A DNA stretch of 46,663 nt. Origin: a virus. This document shows positions 35,614 through 41,909 of this stretch, one piece after another. The translations under genes were made by a program, and so were the position numbers. The stretch is taken from the IMG/VR virus record IMGVR_UViG_3300045988_088633; one strand, 5' to 3'. The notes below the pieces were generated by a model. The model made no database searches, was not told the DNA's origin, and worked only from the letters and a program-made list of their open reading frames with translations. How positions within the stretch are numbered: position 1 is the first letter of the stretch; the number at the start of each line of letters is the position of its first letter.

Positions 35614-36029
35614 AAGTTTTTCTTGATGTTGGCGCATATATGCCGACATACGCTCACGATGCAGACGCGGGAATGGATTTGCGCACACCTGTGGCGTTTA
35701 TTGTCCCGGCGCATGGCGATTACACAGTTGACACTGGTGTTCATGTGCAGATTCCTGTCGGGAATGTTGGCTTCATCAAGGCAAAGAGCGGCTTGAACAT
35801 CAATGCTGGTCTGACTGCAACTGGTGTTGTGGATGCGCTCTATAGCGGCAGCATCCGTGTTAAGCTGTACAATCACAGCGATGAGGATTATGTGTTCAGC
35901 CGTGGCGACAAAATCACGCAGATGGTTATTCTGCCGATTGCTAAGTTTGACTTAGAGTTAATCGACACACAGGAGTGCTTTGAAAAGTCAGAGCGTTGCA
36001 GCAATGGTTTCGGTTCAAGTGGGAGATAA
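35610..36029 (+). CDS. dut: dUTP diphosphatase
   Basis: Motifs AGMDL, KSG, GVVDALYSGSI, GDKITQM and NGFGSSG. Confidence 0.9.
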   Translation: MKVFLDVGAYMPTYAHDADAGMDLRTPVAFIVPAHGDYTVDTGVHVQIPVGNVGFIKAKSGLNINAGLTATGVVDALYSGSIRVKLYNHSDEDYVFSRGDKITQMVILPIAKFDLELIDTQECFEKSERCSNGFGSSGR

Positions 36030-36031
36030 AA

Positions 36032-36292
36032 ATGAACACAAGCGTAGAATACAGGCTGATGCAAGCATCCGTTGATGTTGAGCACATCATTGACGAAGAG
36101 CGAAAGGAACTCGTCTTTAGCGCCATGGCCAAATATAACGAAAAGGCAAAAATGGACAAGGAAACAGCAGAGCAGGAGTTTCTTGATGAGGTTCTGCACA
36201 TCGAGCGCGAATCAATGGAGCAGAAAGAAAGGTTCATGAATATGTTCAATAAAGCTGTGTTTCATAAAGCTGTGAAGCAAGAGAAAAACTGA
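36032..36292 (+). CDS. Hypothetical protein (86 aa)
   Basis: ATG 36032 follows GGGAGA. Confidence 0.5.
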   Translation: MNTSVEYRLMQASVDVEHIIDEERKELVFSAMAKYNEKAKMDKETAEQEFLDEVLHIERESMEQKERFMNMFNKAVFHKAVKQEKN

Positions 36293-36311
36293 AAGAAATG
36301 GAGAATTAAAG

Positions 36312-36749
36312 ATGAAAGAACTTACGATTACAGCTAAAGACTTTGCAGAGCTTTTTTCTGATGCAGACAAAATGCTCACTTTGCGTGAGGTTGACAACGG
36401 GAGAGAGACCGGACGAAAGATGGTTTGCAGGGTAGTTTCCGCGTCAAAGTCTATTGGCGGCAAGGAAGTCAAAAAGGCAGACAGCGGTCTGCTGATTCGT
36501 CCTAGCTATTATAACCCGGATTCGGCTTACGAGCCGCGCAAGGTCATCAAGGCGTGGGGTCTTGACTGGAATCTCGGCACTGCTCTGAAATACATCGAGC
36601 GCCGTGGGCACAAGCAGGGCGAAACAACGCTGAAAGACCTCAAGAAAGCACTCACTTACATTCACTTCGCAGTTGAGGACGAAGAAGAACGCATTGCGTC
36701 AGAAAAAGAGCGCATTGTGTCAGAAAGGGGTATAAGTGATGCTTGTTGA
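36312..36749 (+). CDS. DUF3310-domain protein
   Basis: WGLDWNLGTALKYIERRGHKQG...DLKKALTYIHFA is the DUF3310 signature. Confidence 0.6.
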   Translation: MKELTITAKDFAELFSDADKMLTLREVDNGRETGRKMVCRVVSASKSIGGKEVKKADSGLLIRPSYYNPDSAYEPRKVIKAWGLDWNLGTALKYIERRGHKQGETTLKDLKKALTYIHFAVEDEEERIASEKERIVSERGISDAC

Positions 36750-37458
36750 ACTTATCGCTTATTCCACGCCAGCAAACGAGAGATACAAGTACAATCCGAT
36801 GAAAGTTGTTGAGCAGTGTGCAAGCGTGTGCTATGGCAGCGAGCCGGATTTTCACGACTACCGCATTGCCAAGGGATGCGCAAAAACAGGGCACATGAGT
36901 GTGTTTGAGCACGCATACTTCACATTCCGTGTGGCAGAAATCAGCCGTGCTTGCCTTGCGCAACTTACAAGGCATCGGCATTTCAGCTTTTCCGTGCGTA
37001 GCCAACGCTATTGCGATGAAAGCACAATCGGGTGCATTATTCCGCCAACGGTGACGGAAGAACAGTATGACATCCTCATGCAATCTTACAGTGATTCAAT
37101 CGACAAGTACGCATTTTTGACTTCGTCTGGCATGGCTAAGGAAGATGCACGGATGGTTCTTCCTAACGCCGCAGAGACGGAATTGTATATGTCAATGAAC
37201 GCAAGAGCACTGATTGAAGCAAGCCATTTGCGGCTGTGCAACAGAGCACAAGATGAAATCAGAACGATGTTCGGCGTGATGAAAGGAGAGGTCAAACTGG
37301 TTTCTCCCGAAATCGCAGATATGATGGTTCCTAAGTGCGAGGTAAATCCGAGTTATCCGTTCTGCACGGAGCGGAAAGGCTGTGGAAAGCACCCGCCGTT
37401 AAGCGAGGTTTACGGAAAGTGCAAGTGCAATGGAAAGTGCGAGGTGAAAAGCAAATGA
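36739..37458 (+). CDS. thyX: FAD-dependent thymidylate synthase ThyX
   Basis: The ThyX motif is present in QLTRHRHFSFSVRSQRY, with SVFEH upstream. Confidence 0.9.
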   Translation: MLVELIAYSTPANERYKYNPMKVVEQCASVCYGSEPDFHDYRIAKGCAKTGHMSVFEHAYFTFRVAEISRACLAQLTRHRHFSFSVRSQRYCDESTIGCIIPPTVTEEQYDILMQSYSDSIDKYAFLTSSGMAKEDARMVLPNAAETELYMSMNARALIEASHLRLCNRAQDEIRTMFGVMKGEVKLVSPEIADMMVPKCEVNPSYPFCTERKGCGKHPPLSEVYGKCKCNGKCEVKSK

Positions 37459-37790
37459 CACCGATGACGCAGAATGAGAAAATGGCAGAATCGCATTGTG
37501 AGTTCACAATGGCCAAGTATGGTTGCGATGAGTGCGCCAAGCATTGTGCTCTAGCAGACATCTGCAAGGCTTGTGACGGTGATTTCAGCCGCAACGTGGG
37601 TGAAGATACAATCGCGGCAGACAAGGCCGTACAAGCGCTGGAAAGGCAGGAAGCGGACAGCATTGCAAATTCCGTAATGGTGGAGTATTACAAGAAACAG
37701 CTTGAATCCGCAAATGAGGAAATCGCAACACTGAAAGCGATGAACAAGATGCTCACCGAAAGCATCAAGAATCTTACGGCAAAGGGGTGA
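37455..37790 (+). CDS. Hypothetical Cys-rich / coiled-coil protein
   Basis: ATGA overlap with the thyX stop. Confidence 0.5.
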   Translation: MTPMTQNEKMAESHCEFTMAKYGCDECAKHCALADICKACDGDFSRNVGEDTIAADKAVQALERQEADSIANSVMVEYYKKQLESANEEIATLKAMNKMLTESIKNLTAKG

Positions 37791-37794
37791 GTTC

Positions 37795-38001
37795 ATGATT
37801 TTCAGAATCCTGTGGTTTGTGTTCATGTACTTGGTTGCCGGAACTGTGATTGCCGGGGTTTGCGTTGCGATTCTCGGTGATGATGCGGACAAATACGAAA
37901 ACAAGGTTGTTACGCTTGCAATTCTGATTTGGCCTGTTATGCTTGTGATACTTGTCTTTGGTGTGCTGACAGGGATTGCAATCAGAATCGGCAAAAAATA
38001 A
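37795..38001 (+). CDS. Small membrane protein (2 TM)
   Basis: 68 aa, hydrophobic. Confidence 0.5.
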   Translation: MIFRILWFVFMYLVAGTVIAGVCVAILGDDADKYENKVVTLAILIWPVMLVILVFGVLTGIAIRIGKK

Positions 38002-38023
38002 TCAGTTTTGCAACAAAAGTCCA

Positions 38024-38052
38024 TTGCAATACAACATGGAGTGTGCTATAAT
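38024..38052 (+). promoter_or_regulatory. Promoter (TTGCAA-17-TATAAT) driving the tRNA/ncRNA locus
   Basis: -35 box 38024..38029, -10 box 38047..38052, exact 17-bp spacer. Confidence 0.75.
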
Positions 38053-38238
38053 AAAGACAATCCAACAGGGAAGCCATTTGAACGATTGCTTCATCTGGGG
38101 ACGAACTGCTGTGTGAGTTCCAAGTCTTAAAGCACAGATTTCCTGCTGTTGGGAATACGCTAAAGCCATTAGAGCAAGGCACAACAGATTTTGCCTGTTA
38201 CGGTTCAATGATTACTTGAATACCAACAGGCATTATAT

Positions 38239-38314
38239 TGCGGGTTAGCCAAGAGGTAAAGGCATCGCACTTTGACTGCGACATTCGTTGGTTCGAATCC
38301 AGCACCCGCAACCA
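38239..38314 (+). tRNA. tRNA-Gln: tRNA-Gln (anticodon UUG), CCA encoded
   Basis: I folded a 76-nt cloverleaf by hand. The acceptor TGCGGGT/ACCCGCA is fully Watson-Crick paired with U1-A72. The D arm is GCC-AAGAGGTAAA-GGC. The anticodon arm is TCGCA-CTTTGAC-TGCGA. The T arm is GTTGG-TTCGAAT-CCAGC. The discriminator is A, followed by CCA. Confidence 0.92.
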
Positions 38315-38800
38315 CCGTATAGTATGGGCTGTGTCCATAGTATACCTCCTTTTGGCGTGATTGGGTTTGCGATTTTTCCCCGATTACCGACCCGAGATGC
38401 TTATTCAGCCGATGGGTTTCAAACAGCAGTCGGCTATTATGGTTTCTTAGTTTAAGCAAAGCAGTTGTCCATGGCAACAGATGATGGTGCAAATCCATCA
38501 GGAACCGCCACGCGCCTACCAACAGTGCGTGCCATGTGGCGGATTCTGTAATACAGGGTGAGCCTTGCCGTGAAAGTCGGCAATACCAACGGTTCCGCTA
38601 AGCTCCATTGTGATTGTGGCGAAGATTAAAGCGTGTGCAGGTAAGGGGACACCGCCGTTGAGTTATCCCGCACAGCTAACTTTATGCCGGTGGAGCAAAT
38701 AGCGTAGATGTCGGCATAATGGACAAGAGCGGCTCGCGCCAAAGCAACTGCGAGTAGTCAGGAGCAAGACCTGCGTGTGGGCTTAATTTGAATTTAGAGG
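38315..38800 (+). ncRNA. Candidate large structured non-coding RNA (possibly contiguous with the leader 38059..38238)
   Basis: There is no plus-strand ORF with an RBS. There are many GC-rich helices, including a multi-helix junction closed by 38501-38507/38590-38596. Confidence 0.5.
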
Positions 38801-38808
38801 TGCAGATA

Positions 38809-39150
38809 GTGAATACGAAAACGGTCAATATTCTCGGCACTGATTACAGCGTGATTCTCGCAAATGAGCAGGAAGAACCAAGGTTATGCAACATGGATGG
38901 ATTTTGCGATGATTCTGCAAAAGAAATCTATGTGGACGACATGGGCAAGGCTGCTAAATCTCCGGACAGCAAGAAAGACCTTAAAGCGTACAGAAACAAA
39001 GTTATGCGGCACGAACTCACGCACGCAATGCTTTCTGAAAGCGGTTTACAGTCAGAGTCCGCTTGGGCTATGAATGAAGAAATTGTTGACTGGATTGCCA
39101 TTCAAGGCCCAAAGCTTATGGAAGTTTGGAGCACCGCTAAATGTCTTTAA
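38809..39150 (+). CDS. Putative zinc metallopeptidase-like protein (HExxH)
   Basis: RHELTHAML motif. The GTG start lies 6 nt after AGAGGTG. Confidence 0.45.
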   Translation: MNTKTVNILGTDYSVILANEQEEPRLCNMDGFCDDSAKEIYVDDMGKAAKSPDSKKDLKAYRNKVMRHELTHAMLSESGLQSESAWAMNEEIVDWIAIQGPKLMEVWSTAKCL

Positions 39151-39296
39151 TCATCAACTGCATCCAAGCAATAGCAGTCGTAATTATTATGATTCTTTGC
39201 TTCATTGCGGGCTATGAAGCTGGCAAAAACGATGCCGCTACGCACAACGAATACCGTGAATATCCTATCATTATGGAGCATAATCACGGCGAATAA
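39141..39296 (+). CDS. 51-aa membrane peptide (below the ORF-track cutoff)
   Basis: My own translation gives MSLIINCIQAIAVVIIMILCFIAGYEAGKNDAATHNEYREYPIIMEHNHGE. It overlaps the upstream stop and is followed by a strong terminator. Confidence 0.45.
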   Translation: MSLIINCIQAIAVVIIMILCFIAGYEAGKNDAATHNEYREYPIIMEHNHGE

Positions 39297-39337
39297 ACTT
39301 AGACATTCACTTGGTTTTCCATCATATCCTTTCTCGG

Positions 39338-39374
39338 AAAAATACCTCTGGCTTCGGCTGGGGGTATTTTTCTT
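39338..39374 (+). terminator. Rho-independent terminator with UUCG tetraloop
   Basis: An 11-bp stem (39342-39352/39357-39367) with a TTCG loop is followed by TTTTTCTT. Confidence 0.8.
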
Positions 39375-39385
39375 GCAAATAGAAC

Positions 39386-39414
39386 TTGAAATCAGAGCGG
39401 AAGTGTGGTATAAT
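39386..39414 (+). promoter_or_regulatory. Promoter (TTGAAA-17-TATAAT) of a small RNA gene
   Basis: -35 box 39386..39391, -10 box 39409..39414. Confidence 0.7.
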
Positions 39415-39420
39415 GGAGAT

Positions 39421-39492
39421 GCTAACAATCTTAGTTGGAGATTTTTCCAACTCAAAGGCTCTTGCGGATAAAACCGCAGGGGTCTTTTTTTT
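39421..39492 (+). ncRNA. Candidate ~72-nt small RNA
   Basis: Hairpin AGTTGGA/TCCAACT (39433-39439/39446-39452) is followed by an 11-bp terminator stem (39457-39467/39474-39484) and U8. No ORF is present. Confidence 0.6.
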
Positions 39493-39838
39493 ATTTTTAG
39501 CGCGGATTCAAAAACGGCAATAGGGGAGTACCATAAATAGGACTGCAACCAAAGCAGGGGAGTAGCACTAACTTGGAGTTGGGAATGGGAATGGAAAGGG
39601 AAGGGCGGGGAATAATATATATAATATATAACTATAAGCAGGGGAGATATATAATAATAAATATATAGACAGTCTTTTTATTTTTTATGTAGTAAGAGAT
39701 ATAGCTATTTTATATATATGGCTTTTTATCTAAAACTTCCAGAGAGATATAACACACAGGGCTGCTCGGCTCGGCAGACCCCCGGCCCCCGGGTCACTGT
39801 TTCCGGCTGCTGCCGCGTCTCTGCGTTGTGCCCTGCCA

Positions 39839-39851
39839 TAACTCCGATTTA
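39839..39851 (+). repeat. TAACTCYGATTTA motif, copy 1
   Basis: TAACTCCGATTTA, preceded by GCCCTGCCA. Confidence 0.8.
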
Positions 39852-40140
39852 TACCAATTATGTCCCGCTTTACTGCCATTTTGCCCTATTGCAATACCGC
39901 AAAAGCTATATAATACGTCTAACACGGGCAGAAACGTGCCTAGAATGCGTTATTTTGTGTTAGGAATATAAGTTTATACCTCTGCAATAGAACGCTTTAA
40001 AATGCCCTCTGCGCCGTTCTCATGCGGTACGCCATCAAAAGCCCATAAACGGTCAAATGTTTTTGCACCCTATCCCCTACCCTGCCGCTATAGCTGCCCC
40101 TATTTTCTCGGCTATCCCCTGCCCCGTCTCGCCCTCACAC

Positions 40141-40170
40141 AAAAAAAGGACGCCCCACGCGGGACGCCCC
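40141..40170 (-). terminator. Rho-independent terminator ending the long minus-strand early unit
   Basis: On the minus strand GGGGCGTCCC-GCGT-GGGGCGTCC folds into a stem of about 10 bp (with G-U pairs) followed by U7. Confidence 0.65.
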
Positions 40171-40174
40171 TTGC

Positions 40175-40187
40175 TAACTCTGATTTA
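40175..40187 (+). repeat. TAACTCYGATTTA motif, copy 2
   Basis: TAACTCTGATTTA, preceded by CGCCCCTTGC. Confidence 0.8.
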
Positions 40188-40255
40188 TTTTGCCCTGTAT
40201 CCGTGACCTGTGCCCAGCCAGCACCGGAAAAAGCGGAACATTAGAAGCGCCAAAA

Positions 40256-40657
40256 TCATGCTACCACCTCGCCGGTGCTGTGCAGAATCCACTTGCCACA
40301 TACAAGTACAGCCTCATCGCCGCCAGCTAGTGCGGGCTTTAATGCCAGTATAACGCTATCTGACAAGCCACACTCACGCATTGCAAGCGTGAACTGCCTT
40401 GACGTTGTGCGGCTACAATTCAGCGCAGCCGTGCCGCCTGTCGTGTCCACCCTGTACGCTGTGCCGTGAGCGTCTAGCCAGACAGTTGCAATCTTGCTGC
40501 TATAGCTGTAGAGTACTGCGGCAGCGTTGCCGCCCACTGTTTTTCTGTTGCGCCAGCCCGCCTGTGCATATGGCGCATACTGTAAACGGCGGTCAACCGT
40601 CATTTTTACCGTCTTTTCATAGACGCCACTAATAACTTCGTGTGCTGTGTAAGTCAT
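40256..40657 (-). CDS. Hypothetical protein (LYSYSSKIA...SRTTSRQ motif), GC-rich gene
   Basis: 133 aa. RBS AAAGGAG. It is visibly more GC-rich (about 57% in a 60-nt sample I counted) than the structural genes. Confidence 0.55.
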   Translation of the reverse strand: MTYTAHEVISGVYEKTVKMTVDRRLQYAPYAQAGWRNRKTVGGNAAAVLYSYSSKIATVWLDAHGTAYRVDTTGGTAALNCSRTTSRQFTLAMRECGLSDSVILALKPALAGGDEAVLVCGKWILHSTGEVVA

Positions 40658-40702
40658 GGTTAAAATCTCCTTTTGTGTGTGTTTTTATCGTCATACCGTC
40701 AT

Positions 40703-40912
40703 TTAACGGTACAAAACTCTGTCAAGTAACGTCATGTTGCTTTTGCGCTGTGCGCTATAGTTTACGGTGTGCAGCACCTGCTGCCCGTTGGCGTACAACC
40801 CTAAATTGGAGTTAGCAACGCCGCGCGCCGTATAGATTACCTTGCCGCTGCGCTTGACGTTGTGCTGCACGGTACCGAAAAACCGCGCGGTGTGCTTTTG
40901 TAAAATGTTCAT
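40703..40912 (-). CDS. Hypothetical protein (69 aa)
   Basis: ATG 40912 follows GGAGG. Confidence 0.5.
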   Translation of the reverse strand: MNILQKHTARFFGTVQHNVKRSGKVIYTARGVANSNLGLYANGQQVLHTVNYSAQRKSNMTLLDRVLYR

Positions 40913-41186
40913 GCTCTCGCCTCCTATCTGTTAAAGTATCTATATATTATCATAACACATAGTTATATAACATAGATAATTATCTCATAATTATGGATTA
41001 TTATTATAATCCCATTTATAGTATTATTATAATTATATATAATCAATATTATTATAATACAATCAATCATATCAATATAGAATCAACAACTCCCATACCC
41101 CATCGCTGTCTGGATGACCCGGTCAGGGTGGGGCTGAGCCGCTGGCTAGTCCGGTCTCACTGTTCAGCTTTATATATATTATATAT

Positions 41187-41231
41187 ACGATACGATATAA
41201 TACGATTGACTATATACGATTGACGATTGAC
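41187..41231. repeat. ACGATTGAC direct repeats (3 copies) plus ACGAT half-sites
   Basis: Copies at 41202-41210, 41216-41224 and 41223-41231, with ACGAT at 41187 and 41192. They are embedded in (TA)-rich DNA. Confidence 0.8.
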
Positions 41232-41247
41232 CACTCCCCTTCCCTGC

Positions 41248-41481
41248 TTAAAATCCGTTGTCCCATCTTGTAAAGCCGTCTGTTGTTAATTCAGACTTGC
41301 GCTGTTCGAGTTCCTCGCGCTCCTGCTCAAGTCCTTCTTTCTCGTCCAGTAGCTCGTATACGCGCTCCGTCCCCTGCTCCGCGTACCCTAGTTCTTCCTC
41401 AATCTCGTCCAGTCTCTCGCTGATTTCCTCGCTTCGCTCGTCCAGTGCGTCAAGTTCTCTTGCTGTCTGTTGGTAGTTCAT
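41248..41481 (-). CDS. Acidic coiled-coil protein (77 aa)
   Basis: Glu/Leu-rich heptads. The ATG is preceded by AAAGGGG inside motif copy 3. Confidence 0.5.
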   Translation of the reverse strand: MNYQQTARELDALDERSEEISERLDEIEEELGYAEQGTERVYELLDEKEGLEQEREELEQRKSELTTDGFTRWDNGF

Positions 41482-41495
41482 TGCTGTCGCCCCTT

Positions 41496-41508
41496 TAACT
41501 CCGATTTA
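41496..41508 (+). repeat. TAACTCYGATTTA motif, copy 3
   Basis: TAACTCCGATTTA, preceded by GCCCCTT. On the minus strand it supplies the RBS for 41248..41481. Confidence 0.8.
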
Positions 41509-41630
41509 AAAGTTTTAATTTACATATATCGCCCGCGTCTGTTGCGTCTTGCTTTTCGTGCCGCTGGTGGGTCAGCCCATCTGTCAAAAAGAATTAGAAA
41601 CGTGAAGAATAAAACCACGCTGCTGCCCCC

Positions 41631-41909
41631 TTAGTTAATATTCAATCTTTTGTAGGTTGAAACAACCACAAAACCCGCCCACACGCTAGGAAGTTCCTGC
41701 CGCAGCCGCTCCGCGTTAATCCTCTGCTGCTTTACTGCGCTCTCACTGATTTTATATTGCCCTGCTACAAGTGGGGCATCCCCTCCCCTCTCTTTGAGTT
41801 CGTCAACCAAAAGCGCTTTAATGCGCTCGTTTGCTTTCTCAAGCGCTTCAATCTGGAGCTTGTTTTTCTTGTACTCCGTCGCCGCTCGGATGATTTCTTG
41901 CTCTGTCAT
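41631..41909 (-). CDS. Hypothetical protein (coiled coil plus beta-rich C-terminus)
   Basis: 92 aa. ATGA overlap with the upstream gene. Confidence 0.5.
   Translation of the reverse strand: MTEQEIIRAATEYKKNKLQIEALEKANERIKALLVDELKERGGDAPLVAGQYKISESAVKQQRINAERLRQELPSVWAGFVVVSTYKRLNIN

Noticed and set aside
38205-38522. 105-aa minus-strand ORF, and a GGAGG-N6-ATG (38349..38336) opening a 46-codon minus-strand ORF
   Set aside because: Both run antisense straight through the tRNA-Gln gene and end shortly after it. The sequences look like translated tRNA or structured RNA. The locus has a plus-strand consensus promoter.
38315-38800. Possibility that the structured region is tmRNA, RNase P RNA, a second tRNA or an attP site
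   Set aside because: I could find no tRNA-like 3' domain with a CCA end. The RNase P signature (GAGGAAAGUCC-type) is absent; only a loose GTGAAAGTCGG is present. There is no tag ORF. There is no integrase anywhere in the genome that would use a tRNA-linked attP.
39421-39436. Base-pairing of the sRNA 5' seed (AACAAUCUU) with the minus-strand region at 30099-30107 upstream of the portal gene
   Set aside because: It is only a 9-nt match, which is expected by chance in about 93 kb of two-strand sequence. It also lies at or upstream of the predicted -35 box rather than in the mRNA.
39147-39548. 133-aa minus-strand ORF
   Set aside because: It spans two plus-strand terminators, a promoter and the sRNA. 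It has no RBS and is antisense to a better-supported small membrane ORF.
39718-40244. Plus-strand ORFs of 81 aa (39718..39963) and 80 aa (40002..40244)
   Set aside because: They have no RBS. Their Pro/Cys/Ala-rich composition reflects C-rich repeat DNA, and they are interrupted by repeat boxes and hairpins. I treat them as non-coding. A 39-codon minus-strand ORF starting in motif copy 1 (ATG about 39837) was also dismissed because its GGAG is only 2 nt from the ATG.
40993-41223. 76-aa plus-strand ORF (Tyr/Ile/Asn-rich)
   Set aside because: It is a translation artefact of (TA)-rich spacer DNA.
41258-41476. 72-aa Ser-rich plus-strand ORF
   Set aside because: It is an antisense shadow of the Glu/Leu-rich coiled-coil gene 41248..41481.
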